Assembly (NCBI GenBank): GCA_045600005.1
Contig: JAZRXB010000296.1
Location: 1 to 62,592 of the forward strand
Length of the DNA: 62,592 nt
Direction: 5' to 3'
Origin: Eubacteriales bacterium
GTDB lineage: Bacteria; Bacillota; Clostridia; Oscillospirales; CAG-272
Shown: positions 27,580 to 35,047 of the stretch, in pieces
How the letters are laid out: each line of letters starts with the position of its first letter
How positions within the stretch are numbered: the first letter of the stretch is position 1
Translations under genes and position numbers: made by a program
The notes under the pieces: generated by a model
Told to the model about the DNA's origin: nothing
Seen by the model: only the letters and a program-made list of their open reading frames with translations
Database searches by the model: none

Positions 27580-28599
27580 TCAGTGCTTCCCCCGGAACGG
27601 CACGGGCGTCGAGCGGAGGATCTCCTCCAGAACGGCGTCGGTGGTGATCTGTCCGAGCTTGGCTTCCTGTTTCAGGATGATGCGGTGTCCGACCGACACG
27701 CGGAAAATGTCGGAAATATCTTCGGGAATGACGTAATTGCGGTCGTGCATGAAGGCATACGCCTGGCAGAGCCGCTTGAGCGCGAGCGAAGCGCGCGGAC
27801 TTGCGCCGAGCGCGACCGCGCTGTGCGTGCGGGTGGCGGCGACAAGCGTGACCAGATAACGGTAAAGCTCCGGGTCAATGCGCACGTCGGAGATCAGCGC
27901 GCGAAGGAACCGGATGAGCTGTGCGCCGACGACCGGCGTGATCGCGTCCACCGGATTGCGGGAACGGCGGTTTTCGACGATATTGATCTCTTCCTCCAGC
28001 GTCGGATAGCCCATCGACAGCTTCAGGCTGAAACGGTCGAGCTGCGCTTCGGGCAGAGGATAGGTCCCCACGAAGCCGGACGGGTTCTGCGTGGCGATGA
28101 CCATGAAGGGGTCGGGCAGGGGATAGGTCCTGCCGTCGACGGTGACGCGGCCTTCCTCCATGGATTCGAGCAGAGCCGACTGCGTTTTCGGAGACGCGCG
28201 GTTGATCTCGTCCGCAAGGAAGATGTTGGTCATGACCATGCCGTTCGTGAACGTGAAGGTCTCGCTCTGACGGCTGTAAATGTTGAAGCCGGTGATATCG
28301 GACGCCGTGACGTCGGGGGTGAACTGCGCACGGCGGAAATCGAGAGCGGCCGCCTTGGCAAGAGCGGCGGCGAGCGTCGTTTTGCCGACGCCGGGAACGT
28401 CTTCGATCAGCACGTGTCCGCCGGCAAGCAGAGCCGTTACCAACAGCAGGATCTCGTGATGCTTGCCCACGATGACCTTTTCGATCACGCCTACGAGCTT
28501 TTTCGCGGAGCTGTACGCTTTTTCCGCATCGACGTCGGCAAAGGTCACGCCGTCAAAATTCTTTTCCTGTATACGTTCGTCTGTGGGGGTATTTTCCAT
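27580..28599 (-). CDS. MoxR-family AAA+ ATPase
   Basis: Walker A DVPGVGKTTLA, Walker B/sensor LADEINRASPKTQSALLESMEE. ATG 28599 follows RBS AAGGAAAGAAGG. Confidence 0.92.
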   Translation of the reverse strand: MENTPTDERIQEKNFDGVTFADVDAEKAYSSAKKLVGVIEKVIVGKHHEILLLVTALLAGGHVLIEDVPGVGKTTLAAALAKAAALDFRRAQFTPDVTASDITGFNIYSRQSETFTFTNGMVMTNIFLADEINRASPKTQSALLESMEEGRVTVDGRTYPLPDPFMVIATQNPSGFVGTYPLPEAQLDRFSLKLSMGYPTLEEEINIVENRRSRNPVDAITPVVGAQLIRFLRALISDVRIDPELYRYLVTLVAATRTHSAVALGASPRASLALKRLCQAYAFMHDRNYVIPEDISDIFRVSVGHRIILKQEAKLGQITTDAVLEEILRSTPVPFRGKH

Positions 28600-28662
28600 A
28601 ATGCGCCTTCTTTCCTTTTCTGTTCTTCGTGTTCGACAAAAGTAAAACATACCTATACGATT

Positions 28663-28691
28663 ATTATATCATATTTCGGAAAGGGTTGCAA
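28663..28691 (-). promoter_or_regulatory. sigma-A promoter (TTGCAA-17-TATAAT, extended -10) for the MoxR operon
   Basis: On the minus strand, TTGCAA is at 28686-28691 and TATAAT is the complement of 28663-28668. Confidence 0.75.
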
Positions 28692-28763
28692 CAGCTATTC
28701 GTAAATTATTTTGAAAAGACGTTCGGGACGAAGGGAGGAAACGGTAAGATTTCCGGCGCGGCG

Positions 28764-28848
28764 GGAAAAAGGACCGTAAATTCTCAAAGTAACTTCCACC
28801 GCCTTTTCCACTGTGGAAGTTACTTTGAGAATTTACTGGAAAAAGGAC
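28764..28848. mobile_element. 63-bp palindromic element (24-bp perfect inverted repeats, 13-nt loop) flanked by 11-bp direct repeats; MITE-like
   Basis: IR-L at 28776-28799 (GTAAATTCTCAAAGTAACTTCCAC) is the exact reverse complement of IR-R at 28813-28836. GGAAAAAGGAC occurs at both 28764-28774 and 28838-28848. Confidence 0.6.
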
Positions 28849-28872
28849 GGGCGGCGAATTGAGCGAAAGGCA

Positions 28873-28901
28873 TTGACATTTCAGACGAAGAGTGTTAAAA
28901 T
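28873..28901 (+). promoter_or_regulatory. sigma-A promoter (TTGACA-17-TAAAAT, extended -10)
   Basis: TTGACA at 28873-28878 and TGT-TAAAAT at 28896-28901, leaving a leader of about 110 nt before the CDS at 29016. Confidence 0.75.
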
Positions 28902-29015
28902 ATTGTCGTGCGGCAGTCTCTCGGAATCCGAAAAGAAGAAAAGCGGAAGCCGGTCCCGCGGGGAACGCATTCTGCGGGTTTTCAGAGACGACCGTGAGCA
29001 AAACCAAAAGAAAGA

Positions 29016-30479
29016 ATGGTTCCCATCATGAATAAACTGTATGATATCCTGATCATCGGCGCCGGTGTAAACGGCGCGATGCTGGCTCACAAGCTGGCGA
29101 AATATCAGCTTTCCGCCGCCGTTCTGGAAGCGGGCGAGGATGTGGCGAGCGGCGCGACCCGCGCCAATTCCGCCATCGTTCACGCCGGTTTCGACGCGGA
29201 AAACGGAACTCTCAAAGCAAAGCTCAACGTGCGCGGCTGCGCACAGATGGAGGAGCTGACCCGCCGTCTCGACGTGCCGTACAAAAAGAACACCTCTCTG
29301 GTCGTTGCATTCGGCGAGGAAGAGGAGAAAACGCTGGAAATGCTTCTGGAACGCGGCCGGAACAACGGCGTGCCGGGACTTTCGATCATCGGACAGGAAA
29401 AGCTCCGCGAGCTGGAACCGAACGTTTCGCCGGACGCGACCGCCGCGCTGCTCGCATCGAGCGCCGGGATCGTCTGCCCCTACGATCTGACCATGGCGGC
29501 TGCGGAAAACGCCTTCGTCAACGGGACCGAGTTCTTCTTCGACCGCCGCGTCGACGCGGTGGAAAGCGGGGACGGCGTGATCGTGCTTCACGCGGGAGAC
29601 AAGACCTTCCGCGCGCGCTATGTCGTCAACTGCGCGGGCGTTCATTCGGACGAGATCGCCCGGATGGCTGACCCGGAGTTCCCGATCCATCTGATCCCGC
29701 GCCGCGGCGAGTATATGATCCTCGACCGTTCCGAGGGAAAGACAGCGAACGCGACGCTGTTCATGGTTCCGGGCAAGGCGGGCAAGGGCATTCTCGTCAC
29801 GCCGACGGTCGACGGCAATCTGCTGGTCGGACCGAACGCACACGAGGTCTCGCGCGACGATACCTCCACGACCGCCGCAGGTCTGGACGAGATCTCCGCC
29901 GGTGCAAAGCGGCTGGTCCCGTCGATCAATCTGCGCGCGGTCATCACGTCCTTCGCAGGCGTCCGTCCGACGCCGGATACCGGGGACTTCCACATCGAAC
30001 CGTCCGCTGTGCTGCCGAATTTCCTCAATATGGTCGGCATCGAATCGCCCGGTCTCGCATCGTCTCCCGCCGTCGCCGACTACGCGGTCGTGAAGCTCGC
30101 CGAAATGGGACTCGGACTGACGCTGCGTGAGAATCACAATCCCTTCCGCACCTTCGACGGTCATATGCGCCGTCCGTTCCGTGAGCTGTCCGACGAGGAA
30201 AAGATCGAGCTGTGCAAAAAGGAGCCTGCTTACGGAAAGATCATCTGCCGCTGCGAGACGATCACCGAGGGCGACATTCTCGCCGCCATCCGCCGTCCGC
30301 TCGGCGCAAAGTCGATCGACATGGTGAAGCTGCGCACCCGCGCCGGCATGGGACGCTGCCAGGGCGGCTTCTGCTCTCCCCGCGTCGCCGAGCTGCTGGC
30401 AAAGGAGCTGGGCGTTTCGCTCGACGAGATCACCAAGCGCGGTCCCGAAAGCAGACTGCTGACCGGCAGGACCAAGTGA
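29016..30479 (+). CDS. FAD-dependent glycerol-3-phosphate dehydrogenase-like oxidoreductase with a BFD-like [2Fe-2S] domain
   Basis: Dinucleotide fold YDILIIGAGVNGAMLA and C-terminal ICRCETITEGDILAAI...RAGMGRCQGGFC. An alternative start is the ATG at 29029. Confidence 0.85.
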   Translation: MVPIMNKLYDILIIGAGVNGAMLAHKLAKYQLSAAVLEAGEDVASGATRANSAIVHAGFDAENGTLKAKLNVRGCAQMEELTRRLDVPYKKNTSLVVAFGEEEEKTLEMLLERGRNNGVPGLSIIGQEKLRELEPNVSPDATAALLASSAGIVCPYDLTMAAAENAFVNGTEFFFDRRVDAVESGDGVIVLHAGDKTFRARYVVNCAGVHSDEIARMADPEFPIHLIPRRGEYMILDRSEGKTANATLFMVPGKAGKGILVTPTVDGNLLVGPNAHEVSRDDTSTTAAGLDEISAGAKRLVPSINLRAVITSFAGVRPTPDTGDFHIEPSAVLPNFLNMVGIESPGLASSPAVADYAVVKLAEMGLGLTLRENHNPFRTFDGHMRRPFRELSDEEKIELCKKEPAYGKIICRCETITEGDILAAIRRPLGAKSIDMVKLRTRAGMGRCQGGFCSPRVAELLAKELGVSLDEITKRGPESRLLTGRTK

Positions 30480-30495
30480 GAAATATTGGAGAAAA

Positions 30496-31803
30496 ATGAT
30501 CATGAACTGCGAGAACGAAAAGAAACTGGTCGTTGTCGGCGGAGGTCCCGCGGGACTTGCCGCCGCGCTGGAAGCGAATCGGAACGGCATCGCGCCGGAG
30601 GACATCCTCATCATCGAGCGCGACCGTGAACTGGGCGGTATTCTGAATCAGTGCATTCATGCGGGCTTCGGTCTGCATATGTTCGGCGAGGAGCTGACCG
30701 GTCCGGAGTATTCGGGACGGTTTATCGAAGAAGTGAAGAAAGCCGGGATCGGCTATGTCACGAACAGCATGGTGCTGGCGGTCGACGGAAACGAAGACGG
30801 GCGGTATGTCACGTTCGTTTCGCCCGAAATGGGCTTTGTCCGCATGAAAGCGGGCGCGGTCGTGCTCTGCACCGGCTGCCGGGAACGCACGCGCGGCGCG
30901 CTGAACATCCCCGGGACCCGTCCGGCAGGCATTTATTCCGCCGGAACCGCGCAGCGCTATGTCAACATGGAGGGCTTCATGCCCGGCAAGCGGATCGTCA
31001 TTCTCGGTTCGGGCGATATCGGACTGATCATGGCGCGCCGTCTGACGCTGGAGGGCGCGAAGGTCCTGCGCGTCTGCGAGCTGATGCCCTATTCGGGCGG
31101 TCTGGCGCGCAACATCGCACAGTGCCTGAATGATTTCGACATCCCGCTGTATCTGTCGCACACCGTCACCGAGATCCGCGGCAAGGATCGCGTCGAGGGC
31201 GTCACCATCAGCGCCGTGGACGAAAACCGCCGCCCGATCCCCGGAACGGAGGAGTGCGTCGAATGCGACACGCTGCTTCTGTCGGTCGGTCTGATCCCCG
31301 AAAACGAGCTTGCCAAGACAGCCGGGATCGAGCTTGACCGCGTGACGGGCGGCGCGGTGGTCAATCAGTTCAACGAGACGAGCGTGCCGGGCATTTTCGC
31401 CTGCGGCAACGCGCTGCACGTCCACGATCTGGTCGACTTTGTGACCCGCGAGGCGTATATGGCGGGAAGATCCGCCGCGGGATTCATTCTGTCCGACGGC
31501 AGGAAGCCAGTCGGCACGATGGTCTGCAAGGCGACCGGCGGCGTGCGCTACACAGTGCCGCAGAAGGTCGAAAGGTTTGAGACCGCGCCGGAAGAGCTGA
31601 AATTCTTCTTCCGCGTGGCGAACATCTACAAGAAGGTCCGTCTGGAGATCCGTGCGGGCGGCGAAACGATCAAATCGGTCGCCAAGCGTTCGGTCGCGCC
31701 GGGCGAAATGGAATCGCTGGCGCTGAACGCCGACGAGTGCGCACGGCTTTACGGGCTGAACGCTTCCGAAATCGAGATCACGATGGTCACGGAGGGAAAC
31801 TGA
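30496..31803 (+). CDS. NAD(P)/FAD-dependent pyridine nucleotide-disulfide-type oxidoreductase
   Basis: Two Rossmann motifs (VVVGGGPAGLAAAL; IVILGSGDIGLIMA) and FACGNALHVHDLVD. Confidence 0.85.
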   Translation: MIMNCENEKKLVVVGGGPAGLAAALEANRNGIAPEDILIIERDRELGGILNQCIHAGFGLHMFGEELTGPEYSGRFIEEVKKAGIGYVTNSMVLAVDGNEDGRYVTFVSPEMGFVRMKAGAVVLCTGCRERTRGALNIPGTRPAGIYSAGTAQRYVNMEGFMPGKRIVILGSGDIGLIMARRLTLEGAKVLRVCELMPYSGGLARNIAQCLNDFDIPLYLSHTVTEIRGKDRVEGVTISAVDENRRPIPGTEECVECDTLLLSVGLIPENELAKTAGIELDRVTGGAVVNQFNETSVPGIFACGNALHVHDLVDFVTREAYMAGRSAAGFILSDGRKPVGTMVCKATGGVRYTVPQKVERFETAPEELKFFFRVANIYKKVRLEIRAGGETIKSVAKRSVAPGEMESLALNADECARLYGLNASEIEITMVTEGN

Positions 31804-31804
31804 C

Positions 31805-32182
31805 ATGGAGCTTACCAAAAAAACACTCACCTGCATCGTCTGTCCGGTGGGATGTCAGATCGAAGTCACGCTGAACGCGCAGGGACAGGTCAAGGATATT
31901 TCGGGCAACACCTGCAAGCGCGGTTATGCGTATGCCCAGACCGAGTTTACCAACCCGACCCGCACGCTGACCTCGACCGTCCGTCTGAACGGCGCGGCGT
32001 CCGACCGCTTTCTTCCGGTTCGCACCAGCGCGCCGATCCCGAAGCCGAAGCTGTTTGAGGCCATGGCGCTTCTGAACGGCGTGACGGTGACGGCGCCCGT
32101 GAAGACCGGCGACGTCATCGCGGCGGATTTCATCGAAAAAGGCGTGAATCTGATCGCCTGCAAGACGGTTGACGCGGAATAA
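31805..32182 (+). CDS. DUF1667-family small Cys-rich protein
   Basis: LTCIVCPVGCQIEV...GNTCKRGYAYAQTEFTNPTRTLTSTV. It starts 1 nt after the upstream stop. Confidence 0.85.
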   Translation: MELTKKTLTCIVCPVGCQIEVTLNAQGQVKDISGNTCKRGYAYAQTEFTNPTRTLTSTVRLNGAASDRFLPVRTSAPIPKPKLFEAMALLNGVTVTAPVKTGDVIAADFIEKGVNLIACKTVDAE

Positions 32183-32189
32183 ACAGTAA

Positions 32190-32217
32190 GGCTGAAAGCG
32201 GGCGCTTTCAGCCTTTT
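32190..32217 (+). terminator. intrinsic terminator
   Basis: Stem GGCTGAAAGCG / CGCTTTCAGCC followed by TTTT at 32214-32217. Confidence 0.85.
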
Positions 32218-32226
32218 CGGAATGGG

Positions 32227-32280
32227 ACCTCAAAAATACGGGTATCGCGTTTTGACCTCGTTTCTGTGATTTTTCAAAGG
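32227..32280. repeat. partial copy of the nested palindromic element seen at 53559-53648
   Basis: It shares ACCTC-AAAAAT with ACCTCTAAAAAT, the exact 15-mer GGGTATCGCGTTTTG (32240-32254 = 53603-53617), and a similar GATTTTT(C/G)A right end. Confidence 0.6.
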
Positions 32281-32287
32281 CAATGAG

Positions 32288-32315
32288 CCGATTGTAAAGC
32301 GCAGTTTTACAATCG
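32288..32315. repeat. 28-nt palindromic element, copy 2 (CCGATTGTAAAGC-GCA-GTTTTACAATCG)
   Basis: 26/28 identical to 147-174. One difference converts a stem A-T pair to G-T (pairing kept as a wobble) and the other is in the loop. It ends 31 nt before the ATG at 32347. Confidence 0.85.
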
Positions 32316-32346
32316 GCTGTCAAAGGCAGTCAAAAGGAGGACGGAT

Positions 32347-33339
32347 ATGGAAGCAAGACCGGCGAAAATCTTTTCCGGCTTCGTGCCGCACGCGGGTCAC
32401 TGTCAGGGCATTGCGACGGACGGGACCTATTTCTACTATTCCTTCACGACGGTTTTCCTGAAAACCGACCTTGCGGGCAATCAGGTCGGTTCGGTCCGGG
32501 GCATGACCGGACATCTCGGCTGTATCGCGTGGTCGGAGACGGACAGAAGGGTCTACGGCTCGCTCGAATACAAAAACGACGCGATCGGACGCGGCATCAT
32601 GACGAAGATCGTCGGCTCAGACGCGGTGAATCCCGACGCCTTCTATCTCGCGCGGTTCGACGTCGATAAAATCACGCGCATGGACATGGAAGCGGACGAG
32701 GCGATGACGGTCGTGCGTCTGAACGACGTCTGCGAGGACTATGCTTACCGGGACGGAACGATCGAGCACCGCTTTGGGTGCAGCGGCATCGACGGGATCA
32801 CCTTCGTGCCGGATCACAAAGGAACGCGGTCGGTTTTCGTCGCCTACGGCATTTACGGCGACACGGCGCGGGACGACAACGACGATCAGGTGCTGGTCCG
32901 TTACGACGCCGCACGGCTCGACCCGCTGTTCCGGAAGCTCGATCTGAACGCTGCGGACGGCGTGCGCTGTGATGAAAAGCTCTTTGTACGCACCGGAAAC
33001 ACGGTCTACGGGATCCAGAATCTCGAATACGACGCCGTGACGGGCTGCCTGTTCGCGGCGGTTTACCGGGGAAAGAAGCCGCAGTTCCCGAACTATCCGA
33101 TGTATCTGTTTTCGCTGGACGGCGAAGGGAACCGGCTGAAGCTGGCAGAGCGCGGCGTGTGCGACCCGGCGACCGGCATCCGGGGCAGTCTGTTCGGGCT
33201 TGGCTCGACCGGCATGATCTCGCTGGGCGACGGATACTGGTACTTCTCCTCGCACGGTCACGACCCCGAAAAGGGACATTATACGGAGATCGGACTATAC
33301 CGCTTCGACGGGGACGCCGGATTTGAGCCGGTGAACTGA
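32347..33339 (+). CDS. hypothetical protein (330 aa), possibly a beta-propeller-like fold
   Basis: Clear coding bias and RBS AAAAGGAGG. No catalytic motif recognised. Confidence 0.7.
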   Translation: MEARPAKIFSGFVPHAGHCQGIATDGTYFYYSFTTVFLKTDLAGNQVGSVRGMTGHLGCIAWSETDRRVYGSLEYKNDAIGRGIMTKIVGSDAVNPDAFYLARFDVDKITRMDMEADEAMTVVRLNDVCEDYAYRDGTIEHRFGCSGIDGITFVPDHKGTRSVFVAYGIYGDTARDDNDDQVLVRYDAARLDPLFRKLDLNAADGVRCDEKLFVRTGNTVYGIQNLEYDAVTGCLFAAVYRGKKPQFPNYPMYLFSLDGEGNRLKLAERGVCDPATGIRGSLFGLGSTGMISLGDGYWYFSSHGHDPEKGHYTEIGLYRFDGDAGFEPVN

Positions 33340-33391
33340 GCGGGAAAAGGAACGCCATGCGGGACCGGAAGGTCCTGCATGGCGTTTGCTT

Positions 33392-34795
33392 TCAATAAAA
33401 ATATTTCAGGTTGGAATCCGACTTGTCCCACACATAGCCGAGCGAGGACAGCTCGGATTCGGTGAGGAGAAAGTATTTGTAGGAGATCTTGCCCTTCTGA
33501 TCGGGGACCGGGTCGTCGCGCGTCACGTCGATGTAGAAGATCTGACCGTCCGTCAGGATCATGTTCCAGGCGTGCAGGTCTTCGCTGTCCGGTACGGTTC
33601 CGGTCACGACCGCCGAACGGATGCCCGCCCGTTTGCAGAGCATATTGAAGGCGGCGCTGTATCCCTGACACACGGCGCTGCGTTCACAGAGCGCGCCGTA
33701 AGCGATGCGGGATTCAAACGGGACCTCTCCTTTGAGATAGTCGTTGTAGTTGTATTCGCAGTTCAGAATGAGATAATCGTGGATCGCCTTCACCTTGTCC
33801 TTATCGGTCATGCCGTCGGTGAGGATGGACGCGATGATCTTGTCCGCTTTGGCTTCGGTGACGGCGTGATACGCCTTGACGGTCTCGACGTCTTCCTCGA
33901 ATTTGAGCGAGACGGTGCAGAGACTGCTGCCGTTGTAAATGCGGCAGAGGATGCCGGAGCTGTAAAAGTATTCGAGGTTGATGATATTGGAATGCTGATA
34001 GTAGGACGTCCACGTATCCGGGTCGAGCGTCGTCTCAAAGGTGAATTCGGGGATGAATTCGCGGTTGAGGATGTAGAACAGATGGATCAGCTCGGATTCG
34101 TTGTTCAGCGCGTTCTGCGAGGCGTTTTCGAGGATCGCTTTCTTGCGGTATTCATAGGAATCTTCCCGGTATTCCATCACGCGGACGGCGATGGCGGACG
34201 CTTCGCTGCGGGTAGCGCTGCTCATGCCGTTGTAAAGGCGCGTGCCGTCTTCCTGAAGATAACCGCGGAGCAGATACTCGTTGTATGCGGTACTGGCGTA
34301 GATGTCGGAAATGTCGGTGAAGGGATCGTCGATCCGGGCTGGTTCGATGCCGAGCGCGAGGATCATCATGCGGATCATCGCAGAGCGGGTGATCGGCACA
34401 TCCGGGGAGAAGCCGGCGTTCAGATCACGGTCTGTGAGAATGCCGTGATCATAGGCAAGGCTGAGATACCGCGCCGCCCAGTGATCCGAAAACAGCGAGC
34501 AGACCGGCTCGGCGTTCAGATCGAAGCCGGCGCTCATCATCAGGATCTTGATGAACTCGGCGTTGGTGATATCGTCGTCCGGCCGGAACAGTCCGTCCGG
34601 ATATCCGCTCAGGATGCCCAGAGAAGTGAGCTTTGTGACGTCGGAATAAAACCAGTCTTCGGGATAAACGTCCGGAAAACCGACGGGAACGCTGTCCTGT
34701 GCGCTGACGGACGGGATGAACGCAGCCGTGCAGACAGCGGCAAAGACGAGAACGGCAGCCGTCAGAAGGGCTGCGGGTTTTCTGAATGATCTCAT
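33392..34795 (-). CDS. secreted SLH-domain protein with a C-terminal transglutaminase-like cysteine-protease domain
   Basis: Signal peptide, SLH repeats (FPDVYPEDWFYSDVTKLTSLGILSGYPDGLFRPDDDITNAEF) and a Cys-His-Asp core (AVCQGYSAAFNMLCKRAGI...DLHAWNMI...YIDVTRDD). Confidence 0.85.
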   Translation of the reverse strand: MRSFRKPAALLTAAVLVFAAVCTAAFIPSVSAQDSVPVGFPDVYPEDWFYSDVTKLTSLGILSGYPDGLFRPDDDITNAEFIKILMMSAGFDLNAEPVCSLFSDHWAARYLSLAYDHGILTDRDLNAGFSPDVPITRSAMIRMMILALGIEPARIDDPFTDISDIYASTAYNEYLLRGYLQEDGTRLYNGMSSATRSEASAIAVRVMEYREDSYEYRKKAILENASQNALNNESELIHLFYILNREFIPEFTFETTLDPDTWTSYYQHSNIINLEYFYSSGILCRIYNGSSLCTVSLKFEEDVETVKAYHAVTEAKADKIIASILTDGMTDKDKVKAIHDYLILNCEYNYNDYLKGEVPFESRIAYGALCERSAVCQGYSAAFNMLCKRAGIRSAVVTGTVPDSEDLHAWNMILTDGQIFYIDVTRDDPVPDQKGKISYKYFLLTESELSSLGYVWDKSDSNLKYFY

Positions 34796-34860
34796 TTATT
34801 TTTATCCTTCGATGATTTATGGGCGCGGAAAAAAGACCGTTCGCGCCGTTTACGGATTCA

Positions 34861-34890
34861 ATTTTACCATACCGGACCGATCGTTGTCAA
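34861..34890 (-). promoter_or_regulatory. sigma-A promoter (TTGACA-18-TAAAAT) for the SLH/transglutaminase-like gene
   Basis: TTGACA is the complement of 34885-34890 and TAAAAT is the complement of 34861-34866. Confidence 0.7.
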
Positions 34891-34982
34891 CCTTGTTCTT
34901 CTAAATGTTTCGATAATTTTACATTTGTCCGGGAAATATCGGCAGAAACGGCATGAAATCCCGATATAATTTCCCGAGAGGC

Positions 34983-35032
34983 TTGCAATCTTCAGAAGGC
35001 TGTGCTATGATATAAGAACAGGATAATGTTCT
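34983..35032 (+). promoter_or_regulatory. sigma-A promoter (TTGCAA-17-TATGAT, extended -10) followed by the operator-like inverted repeat AGAACA-N6-TGTTCT
   Basis: TTGCAA at 34983-34988, TGC-TATGAT at 35006-35011, and the inverted repeat at 35015-35020/35027-35032 across the predicted TSS. Confidence 0.65.
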
Positions 35033-35047
35033 ATTCAGGTAAAGGAG

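Noticed and set aside
28629-29007. ORFs 28629-28862(+) and 28669-29007(-) in the MoxR/GlpA-like intergenic region.
   Set aside because: Both span the two promoters and the 24-bp inverted repeat. The shared peptide fragments (NSQSNFH, GSYFENL) are simply the palindrome read on both strands. There is no RBS or coding bias.
32240-32254. The exact 15-mer shared with 53603-53617, taken as proof of a repeat family on its own.
   Set aside because: My rough estimate is that one or two chance 15-mer identities are expected somewhere in 62.6 kb. The match is reported only because both copies are intergenic and have additional shared flanks.
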